In this document: positions 35,958 to 45,700 of the stretch, in pieces
Layout: each line of letters begins with the position of its first letter
Numbering within the stretch: position 1 is the stretch's first letter
Assembly (NCBI GenBank): GCA_913060525.1
Contig: CAJXRW010000001.1
Location: 289 to 64,288, forward strand
DNA length: 64,000 nucleotides
Direction of reading: 5' to 3'
From: an uncultured Gammaproteobacteria bacterium
GTDB lineage: Bacteria; Pseudomonadota; Gammaproteobacteria; Francisellales; Francisellaceae
The notes under the pieces: model-generated
Databases searched by the model: none
What the model was told of the DNA's origin: nothing
Seen by the model: only the letters and a program-made list of their open reading frames with translations
Made by a program: the position numbers and the translations under genes

Positions 35958-37463
35958 ATGGGTAAAATTCACCTATTACAAATTATCAATAAAAAAATAT
36001 TATACCTATCCATTAGCTTCATTCCGTTTATCACTGGTTGCGGCCTCTTTGGTCCAGAGTACAAAAAACCAGGAATTGACTCGCCAACTGCCTGGAATAG
36101 TCACAGCAGGCAAACAGAAACGACTCAAACCTATATGCCAGACTTTGCTTGGTGGGAACAATTTAATGATCCTCAGTTAAATAAGCTAATTACAGACGCC
36201 TTGGAGAATAATAATAATATTCAAATCGCTATAGGTAATATTCTTCAGGCTAAGGCATCTTTACGTAAAGTAAATTATTCTTGGCTACCTACTGCCAATG
36301 TAAATGGTTTAGTTAGCGTTGGACAGGTTTTTGGCACTAATTTCACCAACAAAAGTGGTAACCCTCAATTAAATAGTTTAGGTCAAAATAGCTCGCAAGG
36401 TTTCTATAGTTACGGTGGTGGCTTTATGCCAAGCTATTCTGTCAACATTATGAAACAATTAAAATCTGGTGATATTGCGAAGCTTAATGTTTCATTACAA
36501 GAGCAAGCAAAAAATGCTGTTCGGCTAACCATTATTGGTCAGGTTGCTGGTAGTTATTTTGAACTTTTGGGTACACAAAAACAACTTAAGTTACAAGAGC
36601 AAACTATTAAAGATGCTGAAACATTAAAAAAATATGCCCTAGTCCAATATGAAGCAGGAAAAGTATCTGAACTGAATATCATTGGACTAGAACAATTTAT
36701 TGCCACATTAAAAGAACAAATACCTAATCTTAAGCAGAATATTACGCAATATCAAAATACATTACGTTTATTAACCAATCATAATCCAGGGAAAATAATT
36801 ACGCACAATCATTTTGATCAGATTGAAACTGACCAAATCATTCCAATAAACCTACCCTCAGAAATTTTAAAGGCTCGCCCTGATATCGCGGTTTCAGAAC
36901 ATCAATTACAAATTAGTAATACCAAAATAGGTTTGGCAACCTCCTCATATTTTCCTTCTATTTCTTTAACAGGTTTATTAGGTGGTGCATCAACTCAATT
37001 AACCAATTTATTCTCTATGGGTATGGGTGTATGGATGGCAGGTTTACAAGCAGGCATGCCAGTATTTGATATGACCATTTCAGCAGAAAGGGATGAAGCC
37101 AAAGCCGAATATTACTCTAATTATTACCGCTACATTGAAACAGTCCGAAATGCTTTTATGGAAACAGATAATGCCTTATCTCAAAATAAAAATATTAATA
37201 TGAGTTATCTTCAGCAAAAACAGGCATTATTAAAAGCAAATCAGCAGCTTCAACTCGCTGAGATGCAATATGAATATGGTGCAATAAGCTATAATGACGC
37301 ATTAGCTTTCAAATTAAATGCGGATTACATGACGGTTAATTTGAACAAATCGAAAATGAATCAAATGGACAGTATTGTTAATTTATATCTAGTCTTTGGT
37401 GGTGGTTATAATATTAATAATTCCGATATACCAAAACAGTTTGGTGATGACCATGATATATAA
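35958..37463 (+). CDS. outer-membrane factor lipoprotein (NodT/TolC family)
   Basis: 501 aa with lipobox ITGC. PEYKKP...WW..FNDPQLNKLI start typical of NodT-family OMFs, and two repeated coiled halves. Confidence 0.88.
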   Translation: MGKIHLLQIINKKILYLSISFIPFITGCGLFGPEYKKPGIDSPTAWNSHSRQTETTQTYMPDFAWWEQFNDPQLNKLITDALENNNNIQIAIGNILQAKASLRKVNYSWLPTANVNGLVSVGQVFGTNFTNKSGNPQLNSLGQNSSQGFYSYGGGFMPSYSVNIMKQLKSGDIAKLNVSLQEQAKNAVRLTIIGQVAGSYFELLGTQKQLKLQEQTIKDAETLKKYALVQYEAGKVSELNIIGLEQFIATLKEQIPNLKQNITQYQNTLRLLTNHNPGKIITHNHFDQIETDQIIPINLPSEILKARPDIAVSEHQLQISNTKIGLATSSYFPSISLTGLLGGASTQLTNLFSMGMGVWMAGLQAGMPVFDMTISAERDEAKAEYYSNYYRYIETVRNAFMETDNALSQNKNINMSYLQQKQALLKANQQLQLAEMQYEYGAISYNDALAFKLNADYMTVNLNKSKMNQMDSIVNLYLVFGGGYNINNSDIPKQFGDDHDI

Positions 37464-37465
37464 AA

Positions 37466-37496
37466 AATATTAAGGCTGGTCTTATATCTTAATATT
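37466..37496 (+). terminator. weak AT-rich hairpin after the efflux operon
   Basis: AATATTAAG (37466-37474) pairs with CTTAATATT (37488-37496) around a 13-nt loop, 3 nt after the OMF stop. There is no strong T-tract. Confidence 0.3.
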
Positions 37497-37801
37497 TATG
37501 GCAAGTTAACTGTATGTTGGCATAAAATCATACTAGATTTTAAAAGGTTAATCAGTTATTGACCTTTTGTTTCTAAGTTAGATGGGTAAATCATGGTCTA
37601 GAACTAAGGGTTGTTGGCAAATAGACAGAATGGTTATCAAAATATAACCATAACTGACTGAACTCCTTAAATTTAATAGCAAAATCTATGAAATAGGATG
37701 CGTCCATAATCAATATTATGCGATTAGAAAATTGTATTTTCTATACTTATTATATTAAAAGAGCTACATTATCTAATATAAATGTGATCGTATAATAATT
37801 T

Positions 37802-38677
37802 ATGGCTAAAAACTACTTAATTGAGCGTTACGTTGAGCACCTGACTTCTCAGGATAAATCACAGTCCACGATTATAAGCTATCGTTCAGATTTGTATTTA
37901 TTTGCAAAGTGGTTTGAACAAGTCAACCATGAGGAATTGAAAGCACATACCATTACACCAACAGACTTAAGAGCCTATAAACAGTATTTAATTGATTACC
38001 CATTTAAGCCCATGACCATTAATCGCAAAATATCAGTCATTAATTTATTTGTCATTTGGTTATTAGATACAGATCGAATCAAATCACGTATTCCACTACC
38101 TAAGTTAGTTAAGCTAACCCAAACTGCTCCTAAGTGGCTGGATAAAAATCAACAACACTTTATGCTACGTCATTTAGAAAAACATGGTAATGAGCGAGAC
38201 CTAGCTATCGTTAGACTTCTATTAAATACTGGCTTGCGTGTTAATGAGCTAATTTCTTTGCAATGGAGCGATGTATCACTATCAACAAAAAAAGGAATGA
38301 TTCACATCCGTTACAGTAAAGCAGCCCGCTATCGAGATATACCGCTAAATAAGGATGCTCGATTTGCTTTAACTGCATTAGGGTATAGCTCTAAATCTAA
38401 ATCATCTGAACCAATTTTTGAAGGTCAAAAAGCCAGGCTTGATGTACGAGGTGTTCAATTGTTATTAAAGCGTCGATTCAAGCATACTGACTTAGACTTT
38501 ATTTCACCCCATATATTACGCCATACATTTTGTAAAAACTTAATGAATGCAGGTGTAAGTTTAGAGAAAGTCGCTTTATTAGCAGGTCATGAAAGTCTTG
38601 ATACTACTAAAGTTTATTGTCAACCTTCATTTAATGATCTAACCGAATCAGTTGAGCGAATTGGAGAGCAAGAGTAA
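37802..38677 (+). CDS. tnpI: tyrosine recombinase, TnpI-like cointegrate resolvase
   Basis: 291 aa. N-terminal SAM-like core-binding domain, then catalytic R (TGLRVNEL), HILRHTF, GHESLDTTKVY. Stop abuts the tnpA start (TAAATG). Confidence 0.85.
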   Translation: MAKNYLIERYVEHLTSQDKSQSTIISYRSDLYLFAKWFEQVNHEELKAHTITPTDLRAYKQYLIDYPFKPMTINRKISVINLFVIWLLDTDRIKSRIPLPKLVKLTQTAPKWLDKNQQHFMLRHLEKHGNERDLAIVRLLLNTGLRVNELISLQWSDVSLSTKKGMIHIRYSKAARYRDIPLNKDARFALTALGYSSKSKSSEPIFEGQKARLDVRGVQLLLKRRFKHTDLDFISPHILRHTFCKNLMNAGVSLEKVALLAGHESLDTTKVYCQPSFNDLTESVERIGEQE

Positions 38678-41600
38678 ATGAGCCAATTTCATATTTTACA
38701 TTACCACGAAATCGAGAAATTTAAACAACCACCACGCTTCTCCAAAGATGAACGTATGAAAGTCTTTGTTCTCGATCTTCAGATTAATAATCTGCTAAAA
38801 GGTCTAAAACGATCTGATGAAAATAAAGTAGGTTTTTTATTGCAACTGGGGTATTACAAGACCACAAACAAGTTCTTTAGAGCTGAATATTTTAAGTCGG
38901 CTGATATTTATTATGTTAGCCAATTACTCAATGTAAATGTTAGTCCAAAATCAATGAAATTGAATTATAAAGACAGGACGCGTACTGAACATACCAAGAA
39001 GGTATTAGATTGTTTAGGGCATGAACCTTATTTACATTATGAGGACTTAATTGAAGAGAATGTGGTTGAGATGGTGGAAAAGCAACAGCATCCAAAACAA
39101 ATTATGTTCTCGATTATTGATTTATTACGAGAAAAAAGAATATCAATACCCAGTTATGATTATTTTTGTAAAGTATTAACGGATCATTTCAGGGACTTTG
39201 AAAAGTCATTATTAGATAAGCTGGAAAGTTTATTATCAGGACAACAATGCCAAGCATTTGATGACTTGTTAGATGAAGGTAAACCATTTGAACATTCTTT
39301 ACTAACAAAACTCAAAACAATTAATCAATCGGTTCAGCCTGTGAATATCAAAGTATCAATTCAGTATTTTTTGATTCTTAAACGACTTTACCAAGAACTC
39401 AAAGATGTTATTGATCAATTGGGCATTTCAACAGAAGCCATTAACTTTTATGCTGGTTGGGTTAAAAAGGCGCAAACCAGAACACAAATACAAGAAATCA
39501 TGAATGAGAACAGACAGCGCTTGTATTTGTTATCATTCATTATTTTCCAGCACCGTCACTATGAAGATACGCTGCTGGATATACATCAGAAATGTGTTGG
39601 TCAGTATATTAAACAGATTGAAAAGGAAGTTGACCAAACAAAACTACAAGATGCGGATGAAAAAGATAGTTTAGGCGAATCAGTTATAAATGGTTATCAA
39701 TCTAAAGCGGAAACCATTAAGAATGCACGCCAGGTCATCCATGAGCCATCTATCGAAAATGATAAGAAAATTGATATCCTAAAATTTATTATTCCTGAGA
39801 CCCAAACAAAACAAGAAACAGAATCAGATCAAGCAGTTGAACAACTTCAAGAAGAATTATCAGATGCAATTAAACAAGCCAAACGCTTTAATATAATGCT
39901 TGCAAATGCAAGCAAATTACATCAGCGAGTAGCTGATATTGTCAAACACTTAAGCTTTACCTCAAATGATCCTGTATTAGAAAAAGCCATTGTTTATTAC
40001 CAAACACAAAGTAAAGTTACAAAAAATGCGCCAACTGATCATCTGAGTAAAGAGGAGTATGAGGCAGTATTCAATAATGGTAAATTTGAAATACAGCTTT
40101 ATAAAAGTATTTTATTTACCCATATTTATGAGGGGATTAGATCAGGATCAATAAGCTTAATTCATTCCTACAAATATTTACCTATCGAAAGTTATATGTT
40201 AGATGAGGAAAATTGGCATTTGCATCGTGATCATATCCTGCAACGGTTAGGATTAGAGAAATTTGCGGATATAGAGGCATTACTAACCAAATTAAAGCAA
40301 CAACTTGATCCTACTTACCTTAGAGTGAATGAAAATATTCTCAAACGAGAAAATAATTATGTTCGATTTACCAATGGTAAAGGAAAATTCATTATTAATA
40401 CCCCGCCAATTGAAAAGCCAGATTATCAAGGTTTAGCTAAGCTATTTAGCGAGCATGAGAATATTCCAATTCTTAATATTATTAGACGTATGGATCTCTA
40501 CACTAATATCTCATCCTCTTTTCGTCACTATAAAGTTAGAAATAATCTGATAAAACCCTCGAGGGAGATTTTCTATGCAGGTTTATTTGCATTAGCAAGC
40601 AATATGGGAGCCTACCAATTATCCAATACATCCATAGGGATTAATTATGATAAATTAGCCCATGCCATTACTTGGTACTTCACCTTGGATAATCTATATG
40701 AAATTAATGAAATGATATTAGATTTCATGCAAAAACTAGAGGTAACCAATCTATTTAAGAAAGAGAAAAATTTACTTCACTCATCAAGCGATGCGAAAAA
40801 ACGCATTGTTACTGCTGAATCATTAAATGCTAATTATTCATATAAATATTTTGGTCAAGGCAAAGGTTCAAACGTCTATATGTTTGTTGATGAACGAGGC
40901 TTCTTTTTTTATTCCAATGTCTTTAGTAGTGCTGAAAGAGACGCGGCTTATGTTATAGATGGTCTCATGCACAGCAATAGTATCAAGGTTGACATACATT
41001 CAACCGATACCCATGGTTACAGTGAAATGGTGTTTGCTTTAAGCCACCTACTGGGTATTACATTTGCACCACGGATAGCTAATATACAAGAGCAGGTATT
41101 ATCTTATTTTGATTATCCTGAAAGTCTTCTGGAAAATACCAATTTTCGAATCATACCAACACACCCAATCAATCTAAGCTCTATAAAAAAGCATTGGGAA
41201 TTGATATTAAGACTATTAGCTAGCATCAAAACAAAGAACTTCAAAGCTTCTACAATTTTGAAGCGTTTATCAACTTATACTAAGCAACACGCTTTGCAGC
41301 AAGCTATAAAAGAATTTGGAAAGATAATTAAGTCTATTTTTATTCTTGAATATATTGATAACGTTACCTTGCGCCAAGATATAGAAAAGCAACTCAACAA
41401 GGGCGAGCTAGCTAACCGTTTCTCAGGGGTTGTTTCATTTGCAAATAACCAAGAAATTACTCAAGTACATCGAGAAGACCAAGAAATATCAGCCATGTGT
41501 AAGCTCATAGTACAAAACATGATTATCGCCTGGAACTATATTGAATTGACCAAAATAATTATGCGATCACAATCAAAAGAAGAAAGAGATAAATTAATTA

Positions 41601-41731
41601 AAAATATAAAGGAACTATCTATTATCTCATGGCAGCATATCAATATGTTTGGGCTATATGACTTCAGCTCACTTGAAGCTGGAAATGACTCGGAATTTGA
41701 TCTTGATCAGATATTGGCTTTTCAGGCATAA
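38678..41731 (+). CDS. tnpA: Tn3-family DDE transposase
   Basis: 1017 aa. Hallmark C-terminal catalytic region DIHSTDTHGYSEMVFALSHLLGITFAPRI, and a size typical of TnpA(Tn3). Confidence 0.93.
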   Translation: MSQFHILHYHEIEKFKQPPRFSKDERMKVFVLDLQINNLLKGLKRSDENKVGFLLQLGYYKTTNKFFRAEYFKSADIYYVSQLLNVNVSPKSMKLNYKDRTRTEHTKKVLDCLGHEPYLHYEDLIEENVVEMVEKQQHPKQIMFSIIDLLREKRISIPSYDYFCKVLTDHFRDFEKSLLDKLESLLSGQQCQAFDDLLDEGKPFEHSLLTKLKTINQSVQPVNIKVSIQYFLILKRLYQELKDVIDQLGISTEAINFYAGWVKKAQTRTQIQEIMNENRQRLYLLSFIIFQHRHYEDTLLDIHQKCVGQYIKQIEKEVDQTKLQDADEKDSLGESVINGYQSKAETIKNARQVIHEPSIENDKKIDILKFIIPETQTKQETESDQAVEQLQEELSDAIKQAKRFNIMLANASKLHQRVADIVKHLSFTSNDPVLEKAIVYYQTQSKVTKNAPTDHLSKEEYEAVFNNGKFEIQLYKSILFTHIYEGIRSGSISLIHSYKYLPIESYMLDEENWHLHRDHILQRLGLEKFADIEALLTKLKQQLDPTYLRVNENILKRENNYVRFTNGKGKFIINTPPIEKPDYQGLAKLFSEHENIPILNIIRRMDLYTNISSSFRHYKVRNNLIKPSREIFYAGLFALASNMGAYQLSNTSIGINYDKLAHAITWYFTLDNLYEINEMILDFMQKLEVTNLFKKEKNLLHSSSDAKKRIVTAESLNANYSYKYFGQGKGSNVYMFVDERGFFFYSNVFSSAERDAAYVIDGLMHSNSIKVDIHSTDTHGYSEMVFALSHLLGITFAPRIANIQEQVLSYFDYPESLLENTNFRIIPTHPINLSSIKKHWELILRLLASIKTKNFKASTILKRLSTYTKQHALQQAIKEFGKIIKSIFILEYIDNVTLRQDIEKQLNKGELANRFSGVVSFANNQEITQVHREDQEISAMCKLIVQNMIIAWNYIELTKIIMRSQSKEERDKLIKNIKELSIISWQHINMFGLYDFSSLEAGNDSEFDLDQILAFQA

Positions 41732-41826
41732 TTTAAACTATGATTAAATATAGAACAACATTTTGCCGATTTGTCCACAATCTTTAGTTTAACCCATATT
41801 TAGTCGTAATTTCCCACCAGTATAAT

Positions 41827-42513
41827 TTATCGTTTATGTCGGAATTTGGTTTTATATTTCTCTAGGTGTGTGGCTTGTGGTGATACCTTATCATATGCTT
41901 TTGATGCAAAATGATTTTGCTCCAAGTCTGCAGTTATTTTTGATGTTCCTGGTACTAAATTCTGAGAGATTAGTCTTTCCATAGGCTTATAGTTAACATG
42001 GTGTGTACCGGCGATACTCGCTTGAATATAAGCTTGTTTACTCATATTTCTCCATTGAATATTATAACCATACTGCTTGGCCAGTGATGTAATAAATAGT
42101 CGGTTTGCACGCCCATTGCCCTCTCTGAATGGATGGGCCGCATTAATCTCATTAAAATATTCAGATAATTTATGACTCAGATCACCACGATTCAATTCAT
42201 GTAAATTTTCCTGGTTCAACCTTTTAAATAGCTTGCTAAGCTCTGGCTCTATTCGGTGCGGCATGGCAAATAAGGTACTACCTTTTGATATATCAATGCT
42301 GCGAACTGATCCAGCCCACGGATAGATGTCACCAAATAAATGCTTGTGGATCTGCTTCAGGTGATCTAAATCAAACTTACCTTTAGGTGCTGGCTGTATA
42401 TAACGTTTACTTACAACTTTCTTTTCTAATTCAGCTAACTGTTTAGTATTTTTTATATTGAGAGAATTGATAAGGGTTTGAGTACCAGGATAAAGATAAG
42501 GATCTTGCGCCAA
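41827..42513 (-). CDS. fic: Fic-family (Fido) protein, E. coli Fic-like AMPylase toxin
   Basis: 228 aa. N-terminal DPYLYPGT as in E. coli Fic, and active-site motif HPFREGNGRANR (HPFx[D/E]GNGRxxR). Strongly basic C-terminal tail EKYKTKFRHKR. Confidence 0.9.
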   Translation of the reverse strand: MAQDPYLYPGTQTLINSLNIKNTKQLAELEKKVVSKRYIQPAPKGKFDLDHLKQIHKHLFGDIYPWAGSVRSIDISKGSTLFAMPHRIEPELSKLFKRLNQENLHELNRGDLSHKLSEYFNEINAAHPFREGNGRANRLFITSLAKQYGYNIQWRNMSKQAYIQASIAGTHHVNYKPMERLISQNLVPGTSKITADLEQNHFASKAYDKVSPQATHLEKYKTKFRHKR

Positions 42514-42516
42514 AAA

Positions 42517-42723
42517 TTAAGCCACTTGTTTCGCTTGTTGGAGATCTGCAGCAATTGCATCGTCTATTGAGCAACCATCATTTTCTAAATCGGCCAACTC
42601 ATCAATGTCAGATTGTGTGATAGTAACATTCTCTAAAAAATTAGCCGCAAGTGCTTCAATACTTTCTTCACTCAAATGGCGAATAGTTAAGTTTTGTTGC
42701 TGGCAATATTCAATAAAAGACAT
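42517..42723 (-). CDS. putative Fic antitoxin (small acidic protein, YhfG/VbhA-like by position)
   Basis: 68 aa from the ATG at 42723 (AGGAAA RBS); the ORF track extends to a TTG at 42765. Acidic protein whose stop lies 3 nt before the fic start. I could not find a clean [S/T]xxxE[G/N] inhibitory motif (closest is AANFLEN). Confidence 0.55.
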   Translation of the reverse strand: MSFIEYCQQQNLTIRHLSEESIEALAANFLENVTITQSDIDELADLENDGCSIDDAIAADLQQAKQVA

Positions 42724-42798
42724 CTGGCTTTCCTGTTGCGATTTATAGATATAATTATACCACAAAACACCCTCAAATGCAGCAAGACAAGGTTTTTG

Positions 42799-45700
42799 TT
42801 AGCGTGACCGGCCTTTATTTTTCTTCGGTGCGCCAGGTGTGTATTTAGGTTTTTTCTCAAGCTCGGCTAAGTAATTTTCAAGGTCTTTATATGCCTGGCT
42901 ATTCTCAATTCTTTGGGCCATTTCTTGGCGAGTTAATTTCGGTTTAACTTCTGCAGCTGGCTGCTCGGCCATACGCTTAGCATAACGGCCATAATCAAGC
43001 TCAACCCTATCTAAGACTTTCATATCTTTAGCAAAAGCTTTCGCTTTAGGATCTTGCATAACGATATAGGCATACTCCTGGCCCTTTTCCATGAATGTCT
43101 TTCTGGTTTCCGCATCGATGCGCCCTATCTCTGTATTTTTAAAGCCAAGTAAAGCGCGGCGTTCTGCACGTAAGTAATTACGCACCTTTTTCAAAGGTGT
43201 ATGATCTAATTGCTTAATTTGGCCAATCTTGGTGATTTGATCCAGACGGTGTTTCCAGTTCTTATCGTACTCAGGAATAGCAACGCCCAAGTCTTTTCGT
43301 AGCCCATCCACCCCTTTCACTTGCAAGATATCATTCCAATCTGTTTTTTGTTTGTTGGCCAACATTTGTGGTGTTTTAATAATGGGTTGCAAACCAGCAT
43401 CCTTTAAGGCTTTGATCGCCTTATTAAAGGCCACCTCAGACTTAGCATTTTTACCATCGTTGTCTTTTAATATGATGAGCTCTTTTGGCTGGTGTGCTTT
43501 CAGTGCTTCAGCTGAATTTGATAAGTTTGATACAGATAATGACGTTAAGACCGTTGATTTTGGATCTGCTAAACCAGCACTTGCGCCTGTTTCACCACCC
43601 TCGGCAACATAGACTCGGCCATTTGTGCCATTCTGGATAACACCCAAATTGCCTTTTAAATGCCCTTTAGTAACTTTAGGGTTATCCATGAAACTGACTT
43701 TATCATAAGTCTTACTGTCCAGGTAAGTACGTTGAATAGCCGTAATATCATGATTTTTATCTTTTATGGCCAAGACCATTGCCGGTAATTTATTGGTGCG
43801 TTCTATACGCTGGCCAGCTTCGTTATAATCCACCCATTTCGTACCCACTGGCCAGTAACGCATCTCCATGTTATCAGCTGTATGGATGTTTCTATTCTCC
43901 CATAAATAACGCTCAGCTACGGTATCAGCAATCGGTTTTGTACCCATCCAAATAGATTGAGCCGCTTCAATCTTATTGCGGATTTCCTGGGCCGCTCTTG
44001 CTTTGCGTTTGTTATCTGCTTCAGGATCAGTTTTAAATACAAATTTGCTCTCAGTTGTTTTTGCTTCAGCTTCACTTAAACCGGCTAAATGTGCGCCTTG
44101 TTCAAGTGCTTCAACATAGGATGAGCCAGGTAGACGATGGCGTATTGCTTCAATAGGATCTCCCCCTTTTTCTTCTGAGAAGCTAAACCACATGCCTTGT
44201 TTAGCGCCCTGCAGTGTCACCACCAGGCCATTTTCCCATCGCATTTCTCTTGAGCTTTGTTTTTTAGGCTCACCAAATATCTGCGGATAGACATGTTCGG
44301 CTTGCTGGATCAATCGATCACGGATTTTGTTATGATCCCATTGCTGGATCTGGCGTTCTTCAACTTGTGGTTGAGTCGTAGCCTGGTTCACTTCAGGTTT
44401 AACCACTTGCTGCATTTGTAGTTGACGTGTTTTGGCCAATGCATTTTCAAATTGTTCCGCATGCTTGACTAGTTTTGAGTGTTGTATAGACTCAAAATTA
44501 AGATACGGCTTATATGTTTCACTTGAAGCCAAAATACTAGCAGCAAGGACATTACGTTGCCTTGATAACGCAAAAGCCTTTTGCTTATCAGCCTGATTCT
44601 GCTTCACGCTTACCCACTCAGCTGCAGCTTGACGACTTAACGCTTGATAATCTTTAACACGTTGATATAAGCCACGTTCATCATCAGATAAACTTAGCTC
44701 AAATACCTCACGGCGATATGCTTGTGCATTCATATAAAAGGATTTGCCATCAATATCTAGGTGTTGTACGCCTTGGTAAATTGCACCTTTAGCATATTGA
44801 TCTTGAATACTAGCGGCCCATTCATTTTTGGTAAATCCGGTTTTCTCCTGGTACTGTTTCAAATCATCAATAACCTCATAAGATTGCGACTGTTTATGAA
44901 TACGTTGCCAATCAAATTTTTCCACTTGATCGCTAACAAAAACATAGTTTGATCTATCTTCAGATAAGTATTGCGACAGATTAAATGCGGCGGCATTACG
45001 CGCCATCGTGTGCTTATACGCCGTGTCTTTTAGTTCTGCAGATACGCTTTGACCTGATTTTTCTTTCATACGAATAGCCGCCCATGCTTGGGCCGCTTCA
45101 CGCGATGTTAAATCATAATCTACAGCAGCATCAAACACACCACGCTTTTCCTCTGGCAATTTGCTTGCCTGCAGCTGATAGCCATAACGCTTACCTTGCA
45201 GCCAAATTTTAGCCGAGTCACATTCATACATCTTAATGTAAAAAGCATGCTTACCGTAACGCTGAATAATTTGATAGGCAGCTGCACCATCTTTTTCACC
45301 ACCATCAGCATACTGTTTCACTCGGTCTTGCGCTTCAAGACGTTCTTCATGCAGGGCAACGTGGCGATTAAAGCGATCCATTTTTAGACCTGGGAATGTT
45401 TCATCGATTTTCTCCGGATTAGCGCGATACCATTGTTCCAATAATGGATAACTGTTATTAACGTCATAGGCTAACTCATGGCGTTCGGCCATCAGCTTAA
45501 ACATATCACTTCTTTGTGACTTAAACTCTTCAGTCATGTGTTCATCGGTCAGCTGTGCCTTATCAGATAAACCATGCTGTTTTCTTAACGCTTTTTCTAA
45601 TGCCTGTACTTCGGCATATTGCTGAGCCGCTTTACGACACACGGATTGATAATCTTGAACCGCATCGAACATTTCAACTTGTCCAGCTGGAAGATTAGCA

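Larger units (their letters stand above)
31596..41795. mobile_element. 10.2-kb composite Tn3-family unit: miniature element + IS30 remnant + DUF2889 + marR-emrB-emrA-OMF + tnpI-tnpA transposon
   Basis: The outermost ends are a correctly oriented pair of type-A IRs (31596-31630 and 41761-41795). Identical hexamers ATATTT abut both ends (31590-31595 and 41796-41801), which fits a target duplication if the IR boundary is ambiguous by 1 nt. Confidence 0.6.
37595..41795 (+). mobile_element. Tn3-family transposon with Tn4430-like organisation (IR - putative res - tnpI - tnpA - IR), ~4.2 kb
   Basis: Left IR 37595-37633 is GGTCTAGAACTAAGGGTTGTTGGCAAATAGACAGAATGG. Right IR 41761-41795 (reverse complement) is GGGTTAAACTAAAGATTGTGGACAAATCGGCAAAA. 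They are about 70% identical by eye and enclose a tyrosine recombinase gene and a 1017-aa Tn3-type transposase gene. Confidence 0.85.

Noticed and set aside
37590-41801. Target-site duplication for the 4.2-kb tnpI-tnpA core transposon.
   Set aside because: The flanks are AATCAT (left) and ATATTT (right), which do not match. Only the outer 10.2-kb unit has matching flanks.
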